Below are positions 13,897 through 30,200 of a DNA stretch of 64,000 nt, in pieces. The position numbers and the translations under genes were made by a program. Under the pieces are notes generated by a model. It was not told the origin of the DNA, ran no database searches, and saw nothing but the letters and a program-made list of their open reading frames with translations. How positions within the stretch are numbered: the first letter of the stretch is position 1; each line of letters starts with the position of its first letter. The DNA comes from Parasitella parasitica NRRL 2501 (taxonomy: Eukaryota > Fungi > Mucoromycota): contig MU619291.1 in the NCBI GenBank assembly GCA_025201805.1, positions 8,397 to 72,396 on the forward strand, written 5' to 3'.

Positions 13897-15538
13897 ATGT
13901 CTGAGAAATCCAACATGAGGGCATTGCTTAAATCAAAGCTCTATTTTAGGCCTCCAGTGACCCAAGATCCAAGGACATTTGGACAAAGGGCTAAAGCCAT
14001 CGTATTAATATGCATTGGATTATGTGCAAGTACGTCTGGATTCGCAAGCACAATTTATTTCCCAGGTAAACATAGCAGAGTCAGACAAGATATCAACATG
14101 GGAACTAATAGTATATATGTGTATATGCGCTGCTATTTTGCTAGGGCTGCCCGCTATTACTGACGATTTACATGCACCTCCAATCGCAACAACGTTGACA
14201 GCTGCGCTATTCGTCCTGCTCATGGGCATTGCCCCTGTATTTTGGGCATCTTTCTCGGATAACTTTCATGTTCGACGCATTGTCCTCTTTACATCAATGA
14301 TTATCTTTGCTGCTGCATCTCTTGGATCTGCATTTATCAACAATATTTGGGGCCTTGTTGTGCTTCGATGTGTACAGGCTGTCGGCTCGTCTTGCGGACA
14401 GTCTGTTGGTGCCGGTGTCATTGCTGTAAGCGCTCTATCTTACTTTCCGCATCTGTTATTTCTGACTTGCATTTAGGATTGCTATCCATTAGAACAACGT
14501 GGGGCGGCTTTTGGCAAGTTCTTTTTCGGTGTGTTCTTTGGCCCACTGCTAGGCCCTATCATTGGCGGTTTCTTGATTATGAGCGATCTCTCGTGGCGTG
14601 CGACGTTCTGGTTCTGTGTAGCATTTGCGTTGTTTATTGCATGCAACATCTTTTTCTTCTTTCCAGAGACATATCGTGACGATGCCAAGTGGGACATGCA
14701 ACTGCCCACTACGTCGGCTGGAGACGAAGCCTCATCTTCTGTCAGCAGCAGAACTCTCGAGGATGACCGGCAATCGGAGCAACAAGAGGCTGTTGCTGAG
14801 AAAGGACAGATCGAGTTAGTCCAAGACAACAATGCCGCCGCAACAGCTGCTGTGCAGCCGCATCGCCGTTCCAACCCGTTTGCAGCGTTTATTCTTCTTA
14901 GACACCCCTTTGTTCTCTGCGCTGCGCTCGTCTCTGGCGTCGCCTTTGGTTGCATGTTTGCCGTCGAAACCATCATTCCCGATTTGTACGAGTCTCATTA
15001 CGGATTCAATTCCTGGCAGACCGGTCTATCCTACCTCGGTGCTGGAGTTGGTAATTTGTTTGGCTCGTTGCTCGGTGGCATGACATCGGATAAGCTCTTG
15101 CTGCGCTCTCGTCGTCTTCGTGGAGGCCGTGCTGTGTGCGAGGACCGCTTGACAGCCAATCTTTGGTTTGCCTTTTTTTTCATTATTCTTGGCGTCTTGC
15201 TCTTTGGCTGGGGCATCGAAGGCAACCTTAGTTTTTGGTGTGGCATCATTGCCTTTGGCATTCAAACTTTCGGCATGAACCAAGTGATGACGGCAACCTC
15301 GGCTTATATTGTAGACGCAAATCCTGGAGCTGGCGCCTCTGCCACAGCGTCTGCCAATCTCGTTCGTATGGTGATGGCTTGCGTCTTGACCCTTATCGCT
15401 AATCCTCTGGTGGCAAGCATCGGCCCTGGCTACACGTGCGTCTTTTTGGCTGGCTTGTCTGTCCTGGGGCTCTGCCTCTTGATCATTCTTAAATTGTGGG
15501 GCGAAAACATGAGAATCAGAGCTGGATTCAGAGACTAA
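13897..15538 (+). CDS. MFS transporter, drug:H+ antiporter (DHA1/Qdr-like), 3 exons
   Basis: About 12 TM helices. Motifs STIYFPGLP, PVFWASFSDNFHVRR, LRCVQAVGSS, YPLEQRGAAFG, GPLLGPIIGG, WRATFW and PET. Confidence 0.9.
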
Positions 15539-15785
15539 CATTTTACCATACAGATGATAATTTTTATCTTTTTTCATCTAATAACCACCACCCCTTTTAG
15601 ACTATCACCCTATTTTTTGTAATAATAATCTTTCTTGTATTTCCCTAACTCTGGCTTGGCCACTATCTTTTTCCGTCTTTTATATTAAAAACTGGTATAT
15701 GTATAAACTCTCTCTCTATATATATATATGATACAGAATCGCACTATGACCACCGTTTCTTTTTCTAAATGCATGTATAACAAGT

Positions 15786-16287
15786 CTACTCTCTGATCTC
15801 TGCAGAGACCTTCTGGACGGTTTCCAAATAAACCCTCAATGCCTCAGGGTCAACAGTGGGCAAGATGCCATGGCCCAAATTAGCAATGTGCTTCGAGTCC
15901 TTGCCGAATGCATGCACCATCTTGGTGGCAATCTCACGAATAGCATCAAAACCGCCGTACAAAGCAGTAGGATCCATGTTGCCTTGAAGGGCGACCCTGT
16001 CATTGGTCATTTTGCGAGCAAAGGCGGGATCGATGGTCCAGTCAAGAGAAACAACTTCGTAGTCGGATTCAGACAGATCGGAAAGCGCGTACCAGGAGCC
16101 CTTTGCAAAAATGGTCATTGGTACCACTTGTAGGTTTTCCTTGCGCAGACGCTCCTTGACTTTGCTAGAGATTTGTCTGATGTACGGGAGAGAGTATGTC
16201 TTGAAATCTTGAGGCGAGAGCTCACCACCCCATGATTCAAACACTTGAAGCATCTAGTCATTTGAGGGGTTAATATCCCATTGGCCC

Positions 16288-16323
<36 letters not shown>

Positions 16324-17113
16324 CAATGTTCTACAAACTTACCTGAGCACCAGCTTTCACTTGACCAACCAAGAATTCGACCGCAATGTCTGTAATACGT
16401 TGCAGCAAAGCATGCGATTCTTTGGGGTATTTCCATAGCCAGCTCTTTGCCTTGGCCAGCGTTTTGCTTCCACCGCCTTCAATCATGTACGCCATCAATG
16501 TCCACGGCGCGCCAATGAACCCAAACAAAGGTACGCGGCCTTCAAGCTTGTGGCGAGTCAAGGTGATGGCTTTATAAACGTAGCCCAGTTTCTCTTCGAC
16601 ATCCACATCCTTTGTCAAGCGTGCAAAACACGCGGGAGTTTCAAGGGGTGCAGGGAACACGGGTCCCTTTCCAGACACCATGAGGACCTCAAGGCCCATA
16701 GCCTGAGGTATAACAAGGATGTCTGAAAAGATAATGGAGGCGTCCAAAAGCTTGCCGTATCGGTCAATGGGCTGCAAGGTCAATGCACAGGCAAGCTCAG
16801 GGGTGCGACAGATGTCAAAGAAGCTGTGGTTCTTTCTCAGCTCTTGGAACTCTAGTTTGATTTCCATGAGTGCGTATACGCTGCACACAGCATGCTTGTG
16901 AAATTGCAGATTCACCACTTACCTGGCAGATAGCGGCCTGCCTGTCTCATAATCCAGACAGGGGCGCGTTCAATCTTTTCGCCTAACGAATAACGTTTAA
17001 TGACAAGGGCTGACCTAGCCACATCCACCTAGTTTTTTATGCTTACCACGAGAGGCACGAATGATGAGATCGTTCTGGAGTTCAGGAAAGTTTTTTGCTT
17101 CAAAGCAATCCAT
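15786..17113 (-). CDS. HEM12: Uroporphyrinogen decarboxylase, 4 exons
   Basis: Spliced translation [43 protein letters not shown]..., [41 protein letters not shown] (URO-D signatures). Confidence 0.96.
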
Positions 17114-17623
17114 GATGCGCTACTGTGTAAGATGAAGAAGAAGGCTCCTGGCTGGAAAAAAAAATATAAAAATCAACGCCTCCAAGACCAATGACAAGTT
17201 TGAATTGCGGCTGTCAAAAAATAGAGTCCACCACCACCACCACTACGTGTGGGGCTCATAAAGAGCATATTGAAGCAGAGAGATGGCATCTTCTGGCAGA
17301 TAAACACACACACTCTACGCTGGGATGAGCCAAAGGGTAATTTTGATTTTCATGTTCTGCAGCATTGCTGGGCAAAAAAAAAAAAAAAAGTGTTTGCTTT
17401 GACCAGCTTTTTGTTTGTCATCTTTCCGTAAACATATATCTGATCCAACAAACAACTGCTGGGACAAAACAAGCAAACTTACCTCTGAATTTCCTGCTCG
17501 ACCATTGCAAATTAAACTAGACGAAAAAATCCTCCACTCAAGATGGAGGGTTTATAAGCATCCGCACCAGCTCTGTAGCCCTCTTACTTTTGATGCATAC
17601 ATACATTTAAAAAAAAATTCAAA

Positions 17624-20509
17624 ATGAGACCCACTTTGATAACGTCTGCTATCTTGGCGGCTTTTGTGTGTCATACAACAGCCAAGCCAACGTCATCCAT
17701 CTTGGACAACGACTTTTCATACACACATCAGCTGTTGTCCACAAGCAAACACATCAAGGAGCAGGAGCAGGAGCAGAATGTCTACCAGGCTGCACACATT
17801 CCAATACTCAGCTGGGACGATGCCTATGTCAAGGCAAGAGCACTAGTGCAAGCAATGTCCATTGAGCAAAAGGTCAACATTACAACCGGCTTGGGCTGGA
17901 CAGCAGGACCCTGTGTTGGCAACTCTGGCCGCACTACAAGCCCTGATTTCCCGGAATTGTGTCTCCAGGACTCTCCCTTGGGTGCTCGTTATGCTGATGG
18001 CGTGAGTTCAGGCGTGGCTGGCATTAACGCTGCTGCCTCATTTGATAAAGAGGCTATTCGCAGAAGAGGCGAATACATGGGCTCTGAATTTCGCGCCAAA
18101 GGCATCAACGCTCAGCTTGGCCCCTCCATGAATATGATGCGCGCTCCTCACGGCGGCAGAAATTGGGAAGCGTTTGGCGAAGATCCTTATTTAGTAGGCG
18201 TCGCTGCTGCAGAGACTATTCGAGGCATCCAAAGTCAAGGCGTGGTAAGGATACACGATTTTTTTTTTTATTGCAGCAGAATACCATTAAATTGATGCAT
18301 CTGCATGTAGATGGCAGTAGCAAAGCATTTGATCGGGAACGAGCAAGAGACAAATCGACAACTGGTAAAGACACTGACTAAATAGCTTGGATAGCCAACT
18401 AACCCTATTTTTTTTTTTTTTTTTAGCATTCTGTTCATATTGACGAAAAAACAATGCACGAAGTCTATCTATGGCCTTTTGCTCGATCTGTGGAAGCAGA
18501 CGTTGCATCCGTCATGTGCTCTTACAACAAAATCAACGGTGTTTATGCCTGTGAGAGCGATTATGCCATCAACCACTTGTTGAAAGGCAAGTTGGGCTTC
18601 AGAGGGTTCGTACAAAGCGACTGGTCTGCTACGCATTCGACCGAGGATAGCGCAAACGGCGGACTAGACATGACCATGCCAGGTAAATAAGCGCTCTTGA
18701 TGATATCTATCCAAGTGTACCTAACGCGCTGCAGGCGATATTACGTTTAATTCGGGTGATTCCTACTTTGGTAAAAACTTGACAAGGGCGGTCAAGGTTG
18801 GAGCTGTTCATGAAGATAGAGTATCGGACATGGCCACGAGAATTGTAGCCGCTTGGTATAAGGTATGCATCATGCTCCATGCTTTGATAGTATCTTGGAA
18901 TGACGCTAACGGTCATCTTTTGTAACGCGCACACGTAGCTGGGTCAGGACAAGGTAGAGATATAATCCATCCCGTATCGTAGCGTGTAAAATCATGAACA
19001 TTGACCTCTCTCTCTCTCTCTCTCGTAGGGCTTCCCTGAGCCAAACTTTGATAGTTTCAGGCCCGAAAGGGGTCTGCATCTTAATGTGCAAGGCGACCAC
19101 AGGATAGAAATCGAACAAATGGGCGCCGCATCGACTGTATTGTTGAAAAACCAGGACAATATCTTGCCTTTGAGCAACTTGCAGACCAAGAAGCTGGCCA
19201 TCATTGGCTCAGATGCAGGCCCAAACCCCAAGTAAAAGAGTTGAAAGAAGGACATGGTGGCCATGAATTAGACTGACACAGAATCCTTTTTTTTTTTGTT
19301 TTTTTTAGCGGCCTAAATTGTGAAGATCACGGATGTAACGAAGGGTCATTGGCACAAGGGTGGGGCTCAGGAACAGCAAACTATCCCTACTTGATTACTG
19401 TAAGCGCAATCATAGAATATTTTCACGGGGGGGGGGGGAAAAAAAGTGTTTAATGTGCATTCCTTGTAGCCTTTGGATGGAATCAAGCATAGAGCCGGCA
19501 ACAAGATGGCGATTACAGAGCTTCTTAGCGACACAGACATTCTGACTGCCAAAAAGCTTGCTTCTGAAGCCGATATCGCCATGGTATTCGTCAATGCTAA
19601 TTCCGGCGAAGAGTTCATTACTGTTGAAGGCCACAAGGGAGACCGCAACCACCTCAATATCTGGCATGAAGGCGACAAGCTGGTAGGAAATTTGAGCTGG
19701 ACACAATGAGCCTCAGGCAATTGACCAAAGCGCACCATCTTTTGTAGATCGAAGCAGTAGCTGAGGCCAACAACAACACTATTGTGGTGGTTCACTCTGT
19801 CGGCCCAGTGCTTATGCCATGGCTCAAACATCCCCACATCAAGGCAGTCGTTTGGCCTGGACTGCCCGGGCAAGAATCAGGCAATTCACTAGCTGATATC
19901 CTGTTTGGCGATGTGAATCCTTCGGCTAGACTTCCATACACTATTGCTCAGAAACTAGAAGATTATCCATCCAAGATATCAAACGAGATGAGCGTAAAGT
20001 GTCTAAACATAGACTAGTATTTGATCAATTGACCCTGACCATGCTCATAGTTCCACTATACCGAAGGAGTCAACGTTGGCTATCGTTGGTTTGACAAGCA
20101 CAGCATCGAGCCCTTGTTTGAATTCGGCTACGGCTTGTCATACACCAACTTTGAATATTTTGATCCTCACGTCGTCGTTGTTCACAGCGATTCGCAAGAC
20201 CCCAACGTACAAGTAACTGCAAACATCATGATAAGAAATGTTGGCCAATTTGACGGTGCTGAAATCCCCCAAGTCTACCTCTCGTTTCCGTCCATTGCAG
20301 AACAGCCTCCTCAGGTATTGCGAGGATTCGAAAAGGTTTTCATTGCAAAAGGAGGCCAGGCACCAGCGGTCTTTACGCTGAAAAAGACAGAGTTGAGCTA
20401 TTTCGACATTAACACTCACAGATGGGTAGTGCCCAAAGGCGAATTTGTCTTGCATATTGGATCCAGCAGTAGAAATATCAAGCACTCGGAGTCATTTACC
20501 CTGAATTAA
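17624..20509 (+). CDS. Secreted GH3 beta-glucosidase with C-terminal Fn3-like domain, multi-exon
   Basis: Signal peptide MRPTLITSAILAAFVC. Motifs LCLQDSPLG, GGRNWEAFGEDPYL, AKHLIGNEQE, SVMCSYNKING, FVQSDW (nucleophile D), ANSGEE, PGQESGNSLADILFGDVNPSARLPYT, FEFGYGLSYT, LRGFEK. Confidence 0.95.
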
Positions 20510-20685
20510 TGGAATAGTAATGTAACGATTGTAATTATAAAGCGTAATANNNNNNNNNNNNNNNNNNNNNNNNNNNNNNNNNNNNNNNNNNNNNNNNNNN
20601 NNNNNNNNNNNNNNNNNNNNNNNNNNNNNNNNNNNNNNNNNNNNAAAGAGTTCATTAGAGTGGGGTATGCGCATGAAAAGGGTAT

Positions 20686-22768
20686 CTACGATAATCTTTT
20701 TGAATATGTGGTGATGAAATTAGCCATGCCAGGCTGCAGTTTCTCGGCCTGGGTCAGAACAATAGTAAAGTCAGACATGTGATATAGAGCCAGAGCATTC
20801 ATAATTCTAGTTGTGAGGTCATTGTCAGTTGGCTGGCAAAGTATGACAGGTCTGTGGTTGCAAGCGTTACTCTCAAGGAGACGGGACGTGTGTAAAAGGT
20901 ACAAACTTACGTTTCATCTTGCACAAATTTTATCATGGCCAAGGCTCTTTTAATGAGCAATCTCCTCCATTGTCTGACATACGACTCGCGCATTTGGGTG
21001 GGGATTCGTCGAGTTTCATCCAATAGCGTTTGCACCATTGGGGCTATACAGTCTGTCTTTTCAAACACACTTTGGCGTCGACTCCAGTCGTTCATATTAT
21101 TTACAGCCGCATTGCTGTCGTTGATGAAAGCGACAAGGTTTTCCTCCAGCTTGGAAGAGGACGAAGCGTTGTATTGCGCTTTCAATGCATCGTAGCTGTC
21201 GAACAGCGGCGTCTTTCGCACAATCAGTCGAGTCATGTCTACGAGAGTCGTAGGCACGGTCGAGCCCAGCACTGCAATCTCGACTTTTGTGTCCATCTCT
21301 TCCACGTCCTGTATCAGCAGCCCCTGAAGGTATAAATCAGGCATGTAATGGTGGTGTTTTCTGGCATGGCTGGATCTGCTCCTCTCTTCTAGCGATAGGA
21401 ACAGTGCAAGCGTGTTTATAACCATGTTCATGCTGGTGAGAGTGTTGCCCACTAGTAGCGTCGACCCGAACGTCTGCAAATGGGATGTGATTACTCTGTG
21501 CGTGTGTCATGGTCAGTAAATATCTGCACAGCAGGCCTCTAGCATGTCTATTTTACAAACTTGGCAATAAACGGAGATTCCAGCATTTGTCTTGATTCAT
21601 GATCTAGGATCGTGTGGCTCGTCTAATTGCATTTTAGTCGTCGTCATTGCACAACCCGGTGCGGTTTACAAACTACCTTGACGCAGTCTATTGGTAAAGA
21701 CACCGATTCCAGATCCATCACTGATTTAACAAACGGCATCAAATGACGCACTTTAAAATACTGCAATGCAACCGACCAAGACTATCAAGAATGGGGATTA
21801 GCCTCACTCGACTATGATGATGTCAAAAAAAAAAAAAGGGCTATTTACGATGGCATGACGTTTGTAGACCTTGCGTAACTGTACCAGCGGCTCAACCAGC
21901 TGGTTTGGTATACGATCGCGCAACACTTGGAAATACTGAGAGAAATTCCGCAGATACCGCACGGGGACCACCAGCACTAGTGCACACAGCGACTCCAGCG
22001 TAGGGTCATTGAATAAAAACGCAGTGCAAATGATTGCTTGTCGATGCAGGACTATCCATTTAGGCTCCACTCCCTTCAATGTGCGTCCCATCTCCCCGTT
22101 CAATACCTGTCTTCCAATCATCGTCTGCAACTTTTCTTCCAACGGCTCAACTGACCATACCTTCTCTACTTTGGGCCCTACAAGGTTAGACCACTGAATC
22201 AACATGGCTGCTGAAAAGAACGACGATTCAAATAGCTTCAGCTCGGCCAACGAGGCAGTGCTTGGCCCTCTTTTCATCGATTTCTTTGAGGTTGTCAAAG
22301 TTGCTAAACAAGAAGGCTCGTCAGCCTACAAATGCACGAAATTAAAACAAAAAAAAAAAAAAAACCACCCATACTACCATTTGCTGCATCTTGTAGTGCC
22401 ACTATTGCCTCAGAGGGGCCTTTTACAATGGGAGGTGGCAGCATTAGCTCTGCCGAGACAGGCGTTATATTATCAGCGAATTGAGGAGATGGCAGCGGGG
22501 AAGCCATGCTGGAACTGGCTTCAAAGGCAGGCGATCTTATATGGTGGTGATGGTGATGATGGTGTGATTGCTTTCTGTGGACGTCTGCGGTGGGTTCTTC
22601 TTCTGCAGCTGTAGTAATGGATGGAGAAAGGTCCTGTTTATCGTTGCTGCTGGATGTCGAGCCGGTCACCACGGCAGTTGTCGTAATTTCCAATGTTTGA
22701 ATGGCCGTTGTTGAAGCTGTGGCCTTGGACTTTGAGAGACGAGTGCGTTGAGGTGCCTGGTCTGCCAT
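20686..22768 (-). CDS. C9orf72-like longin/DENN-family protein, multi-exon
   Basis: FSAAMLIQWSNLVGPKVEKVWS, YMPDLYLQGLL, VPTTLVDM and DFTIVLTQAEKLQPGM match in order the human C9orf72 segments I recall (AATFAYWDNILGPRVRHIW, YESGLFVQGLL, YPTTHIDV, DLNIIMALAEKIKPGL). GT-AG introns link ORFs 22304, 21804, 20907 and 20686. Confidence 0.8.
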
Positions 22769-23110
22769 CTCTTGCTTGAATTACAACTAAAAAAAAGGGA
22801 ACAAGGAGAAAAAAAGAATCAACGGAAAAACTCGAACCTTCAAAAAGTGCTATTTATTATTAGAGTCACGGTGGCAAACGTTAAAAGCATTGATCTGTGC
22901 CCCCCCCCCCCGTGCATCCACCACAAAAGACGTTACCTTGTGCAAGGTGCTGCTTCCAAGTAAAAAAAATACGCGCCCAAAGGAGACGCATTCTTTGGGA
23001 AAACACATATAGTAGTAACAGGATAAAACAAGGCAGCATTTGATGTATTAGGGCTGCCGTGCTCCCATTATCCTAGGGTCCCAGATAGAGATTCTATACA
23101 TTGCAAAGCT

Positions 23111-23113
<3 letters not shown>

Positions 23114-23199
<86 letters not shown>
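23114..23199. repeat. 86-nt T homopolymer (poly-A on the PFK-2 sense strand)
   Basis: Uninterrupted T run counted directly. Confidence 0.9.
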
Positions 23200-23201
<2 letters not shown>

Positions 23202-23221
23202 TATCAACAGATTCCCTTGTG

Positions 23222-25538
<2,317 letters not shown>

Positions 25539-26013
25539 TAGAGTTCAAATGAAGGAGAAAAGAAAAAGGGAAAGGGAAAGAGCAACTTTTCAAATAAATA
25601 ATTAATTGGGCCACGCTTGCTGATGGAAGCTATGATGCACTTGTCACAAGAAAAGCAGGTTGTCTGTCATTGCCCAAAGTTTGTCATGCAACATGCGCTA
25701 ATGGATTGCGTAAATGTGCACACAGCAGTCTAATCACGACATGTGTGGAAGCCAATGCTCACATTCGCAAGGCGAGCAAACCCAACTATATGACCTCAAA
25801 AAATGACCTCAAAAAAGCACCGCACAATTAGCAGCAAAAAGCGACAATTTAAAGGAAATAGTAGCCTATAGCGTCCTAAAACCACTTGACACTTCAACAA
25901 GACGAACGGTACATCCGTCCATCCATGCACTGAAAACGCAGTCTGCGGACCATTTTCTGCAGAAAAAAAAATAAAAACTGGTTGAGCCCCTTCCCGTTTC
26001 ATAGCGTTCCAAA

Positions 26014-27137
26014 ATGACCCAGTTGTACAAATGGTCGACGGATGAGCAAATCAACCAGCTCAAACAATACCTCGCACACAGAGGTCCAACGACCGCGTCT
26101 TTTCTCGGCTATTTACTGAGAACCCGTGCTTGGGAGTCTGGTTCTCCTGGTAAAAGCGTCATATGGACATCGCACCAGGAGCCATTGAATACGACGGATG
26201 TTGTGGTCTGGCTTATCGACAGCGACCATCGTACGCGATTCTTTGTCAGTTCTGAAGTCGAGCTGAATTCCAAGGAAATGACGCCAGAGGCCATTTCCTT
26301 CGACTACAACACTTTGGATCCCAACAAACTTCCCCCTTACTTTAAGGACAGTCAAGACGAGCAACTGTACAGGCAGAGTTTGCAAACTGCCGAGGAATTT
26401 CTGGTTAGGTACATGGATCAAAGATATGGGGCAGACACAGGTGGGCCTTTTTTTCTACAGTTCAAATGCGAATCTTTTTTTATTTATTTTATTTTTACTA
26501 ACATTGGCCCAACAAGGCGAATTTTATCATGATACATGTCTTTTATGGGCGCCTATCTTCCACAAGCTATTCAAGATCAGTCTAGACGTGCCTTGCTTTG
26601 TGTTTTCCAGACAAGCCTCCAAGCCGTTGGACCCAATTAAATTGCCATTGAACTATTCAATTGACTCGCTAGATCCAACAGACGTACACACTGTTATCAC
26701 CAAGAATAAGCTTGCTTATGACCCTAAATATGTCCTGGATTGCTCTCGTATTTCGAGCGCTATTCGAGCAAAAGGAGAGTTGGTTGCCTGGGGGATGACA
26801 CACAGGGATTGTAAAGTATACATGCTCACCCACTAAAAAGTATGCTGCTTTTTTTTTTTCTTTTAACATTCAAAATCTATATACGGTAGTATTCGTTGGT
26901 GCATTGCATGTTTTACCGGAATATCGTCGCCAGGGATTAGCAAAAATATTAGTAATCGACTTGTGCAGACAGCATGCTGAATTCTTCAAATCCGAATTGT
27001 CAAATGTGCCATTAGAGAAGCTTTACGCCGCCTCTTGTGTCGAAATAGGCAACGACAGCAGCGCCAGAGTATTTAAAAAAGCCGGTTTCGAAGCTCATGG
27101 TTTAGGCTCAGCATGGATTCACTGCTACAAAAAATAG
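26014..27137 (+). CDS. GNAT-family N-acetyltransferase (FR47/glycine N-acyltransferase-like), 3 exons
   Basis: GELVAWGMTHRD..VGALHVLPEYRRQGLAK (acetyl-CoA motif A) and GNDSSARVFKKAGF (motif B). Confidence 0.85.
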
Positions 27138-27240
27138 GGAAATCATGCAGCGCTGTATGTGTGTAAAATATACTATTGGGGGGGGGGGTTTTAAAAATTT
27201 ATTTTTGAATTTCTATGATATGATGTGCATGCTGTTTATA

Positions 27241-30200
27241 TTATCTTCTATTGCCACCCTTTTTGCGTTTACTAGCTTCAAGATTTGGAGCAGAGACCTT
27301 GACCTTACCCATCATGGTGTTGATTCCTTCCATTTCAGGAACACCTTTTATCAGCTCCTTTTCACGAGCAGTGGCTTCGTTAAGATTGAAAAAGACAGAC
27401 TGAGCCTGCTTGATAGCTTTACCACGTTTAAGTGATCCAGGGGTAAGTTTGACTTTGTACTTGTACTTTTGGATAGCTGTGTAAGGTGCGCAAACAGGTA
27501 TAGCGAAATGAATGATATCTTCGGGCAAAGGATTAGGGGTGAATGAGTCAAGCACCGACAGATTGGCAATTTCATCTGCTTCCAGCATGGTGATATTCTC
27601 TTCTTTGAGCATTTGACGGATTGTTTCCGTGTCCTTCTCATCGACACCCTCCGTTTCGATTGGGTGCTCTTTTTCTTGCAGCTCTTTCTGCTGTGCCTTT
27701 AATAACTTTGTCTTTTCATCCGCTTCCCTTTTGGCTGCTCTTTCCTTTTCCAAAGCTGCTTTTTCTTCTTTCGCCTTGGCATCACGCTTAGCCTTTTTAC
27801 CCTTGGGCTGAGGGCCCTTGTTTGACTACGATTGCATCATGTCAGAAAGGATATAATTGCGAGATTACCGTGTGATTTACTTACAGCCAAAAGTTCCATT
27901 CGAAGCTTTCTCTCTTCCTCATCTTGATCAGCATATTTATCCTTCATCTTTTTAGCCTTGCCCTTCTTTCCTCGAATAGAAACAGGAGGAGCCGCAGCCG
28001 AGGGTTTTGCTGGGGCCTGTTGCTTTGGCTTTGCCTGCTTTTCTTTCACTTGCTGCTGTTGTAACTCCTGCTGCCCTTTGATTTCATCTGTAAGTTCAGC
28101 AACATTATACTTTTTCATTAGTCTTCGCTCCTTGGCAGTGATAAATTTCTTTGCTGGGGTATTTGAACCGTTAGTTGAGGGGCTCTCAGTGTTGCCTTGC
28201 TCATCAGAGTCATGGCCATAATCGTCCAGATCATATTTGTCGACTTTGGCTTCTTTTTCTTGGAACTTCTCCACAGTGACAGGGAGTGATTCTAGTTGTG
28301 TATCAGGAAAAGCGTTCTCCCCTTCGCTGCTATCGTCAGAGTCAGAGTCAGAGTCAGAGTCAGAGTCAGAGCCGGAGTCTGAGTGCGAGTCAGAATCAGC
28401 TTTGTTAGTTGGTTCATCTGCTGTTGGCGTAGAGGTACCTACGACTCATTAAAATTAGCATACAACAGAGTAAAAGCGACTGACTATGATATACCTAATG
28501 TCGCAGCGGCAGTTGCTTCATGTGTCGGCTCTTTTTTTGGTTCAGATGAATCACTTTGGTTTACATCAGGCTTATTTTCCTCAATAGAGGCAAGGAAATC
28601 AGTCTTTCTTGATTGATCAGATTCACCAGGAGGGGCAGATTCGTCTTCCCCTTCTTCTTCGGCGTGAGCCTTCACATGATTGCCAATACAAGATTCGTCC
28701 AATTTGAAAACATAACCAAAGCCATAGACTAATTGAACAGGAGGCAGAAAGTTCTTTTTGCCACGGATCATAAAACTACCCGTTGTAAGGTATTCGCCAG
28801 ATGGAGCAGATTTAGACACTTGATCAGGGTAAACCCAATAAGCGCTAGTAACAATTTTTGAGTCCCAAGCTTTACTTTGACAAACAGACATGATGCCAGC
28901 TTGATGCAAGGTACTAGGAGGAATAGGCTGACCGTTGGCGTTAGGTTTATTCTTGACAATGACGGAAGCGGCACCATGAAGATCGGCATGAACGTAGGCA
29001 TCGTTTTTCAAAAGATAACGTTTGACCAACATTTCATTCTGCTGCATATCACGGCCAGCAATGACGAGATGGCCATCCGTAGAGACAAACCACAAGAATT
29101 TTTCAAACCAGAATGGCTTTCTAATCTTATTGATCGTAGCAGTAATCTTGGTTTCCTTCAAATCTTGTCTAATCTTACGTTCAGCAGACTTTAAAGCCTT
29201 GGACGTGGCTTCAATCGTCTTTTCATGCTTGCTTGCAGTTGTCTTCTTTTGATCGTAATATTTTCTGGCATTAGCAAAAGCTGATAACCCAATATCAACA
29301 TCAACCTTGTGCAATTTTTGCAAGGCTGGGCTTTCGCCATCACTTTCATCACTATCCTCATTATCTTCGTGATCACTAGATAATGTTTTAATATATATAT
29401 ATATATAATAAAGTGCATGACTTTTACGGTATACTCACGTTAGAACCAGTGTCAATTGATTTGTAGGCAATTTGAGACTATCAATGATCATGGCAATAGG
29501 ATTTTCTCTCCTCTTTTCTTCCTTGACTAAATCATTCAAATCCTGCCAATCCATCTGACTAGCAACAGCATTGCGAATGATTGTAATGGCGGCATCTACC
29601 ATCTGAAGATTCAGCTCAATCAATTGAGCCTTTTGAATATTTGTAATTTGCTGGTCCAAGAGGCTTTGGACTCTGTTTTCTTGCTCTCTGCGAACAGATT
29701 CCAATTTCTTCATTGCTGCTTCTTCTTGACGTCTTGATTTCAAATCAAGCTTTTGAGATTCAATGGCTGAAAAGAACTCGTCAACAGCTTTATCAAACGT
29801 AGGATATTCCTTGAATTGCCGGTTGGCAAATTGCTTATACAGGAAAGGGTGGAATTCATCATAGCTAAGTGAATGGTTAAGATACATTGGCTTACTCCTG
29901 CCGCCGCCACACACACACCCCCCCCCCCAAGACACTTACATTTCAACTTGCTCATCACTCTCAGTCTTGGGCTTATTCTTGTCATCCAACAAGATAATGA
30001 AGCCATTAGATACGACGTTTTTCGTGGACTCAATCAATTCGTCTCCTTTACTGAAACCTTGTAACAGAGCTTCCATCATCGGTGAATCTGTCAAGAGTAT
30101 TTTCAGCCATGTAAACCATACACCGTAAATGGAGTACTTACTGTCTGATGAATCAAAGTCAGTGGCGACCTTCATGTTAGGATCCAAACCAGCCTCCAAG

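Noticed and set aside
8432-15577. Many antisense or overlapping ORFs inside LAA1 and the MFS gene (likewise in eIF3c, NEMF and the F-box genes)
   Set aside because: Shadow ORFs of real coding sequence with no independent motifs.
16291-16320. (TA)n, (CT)n and poly-A/T tracts in introns
   Set aside because: Ordinary microsatellites.
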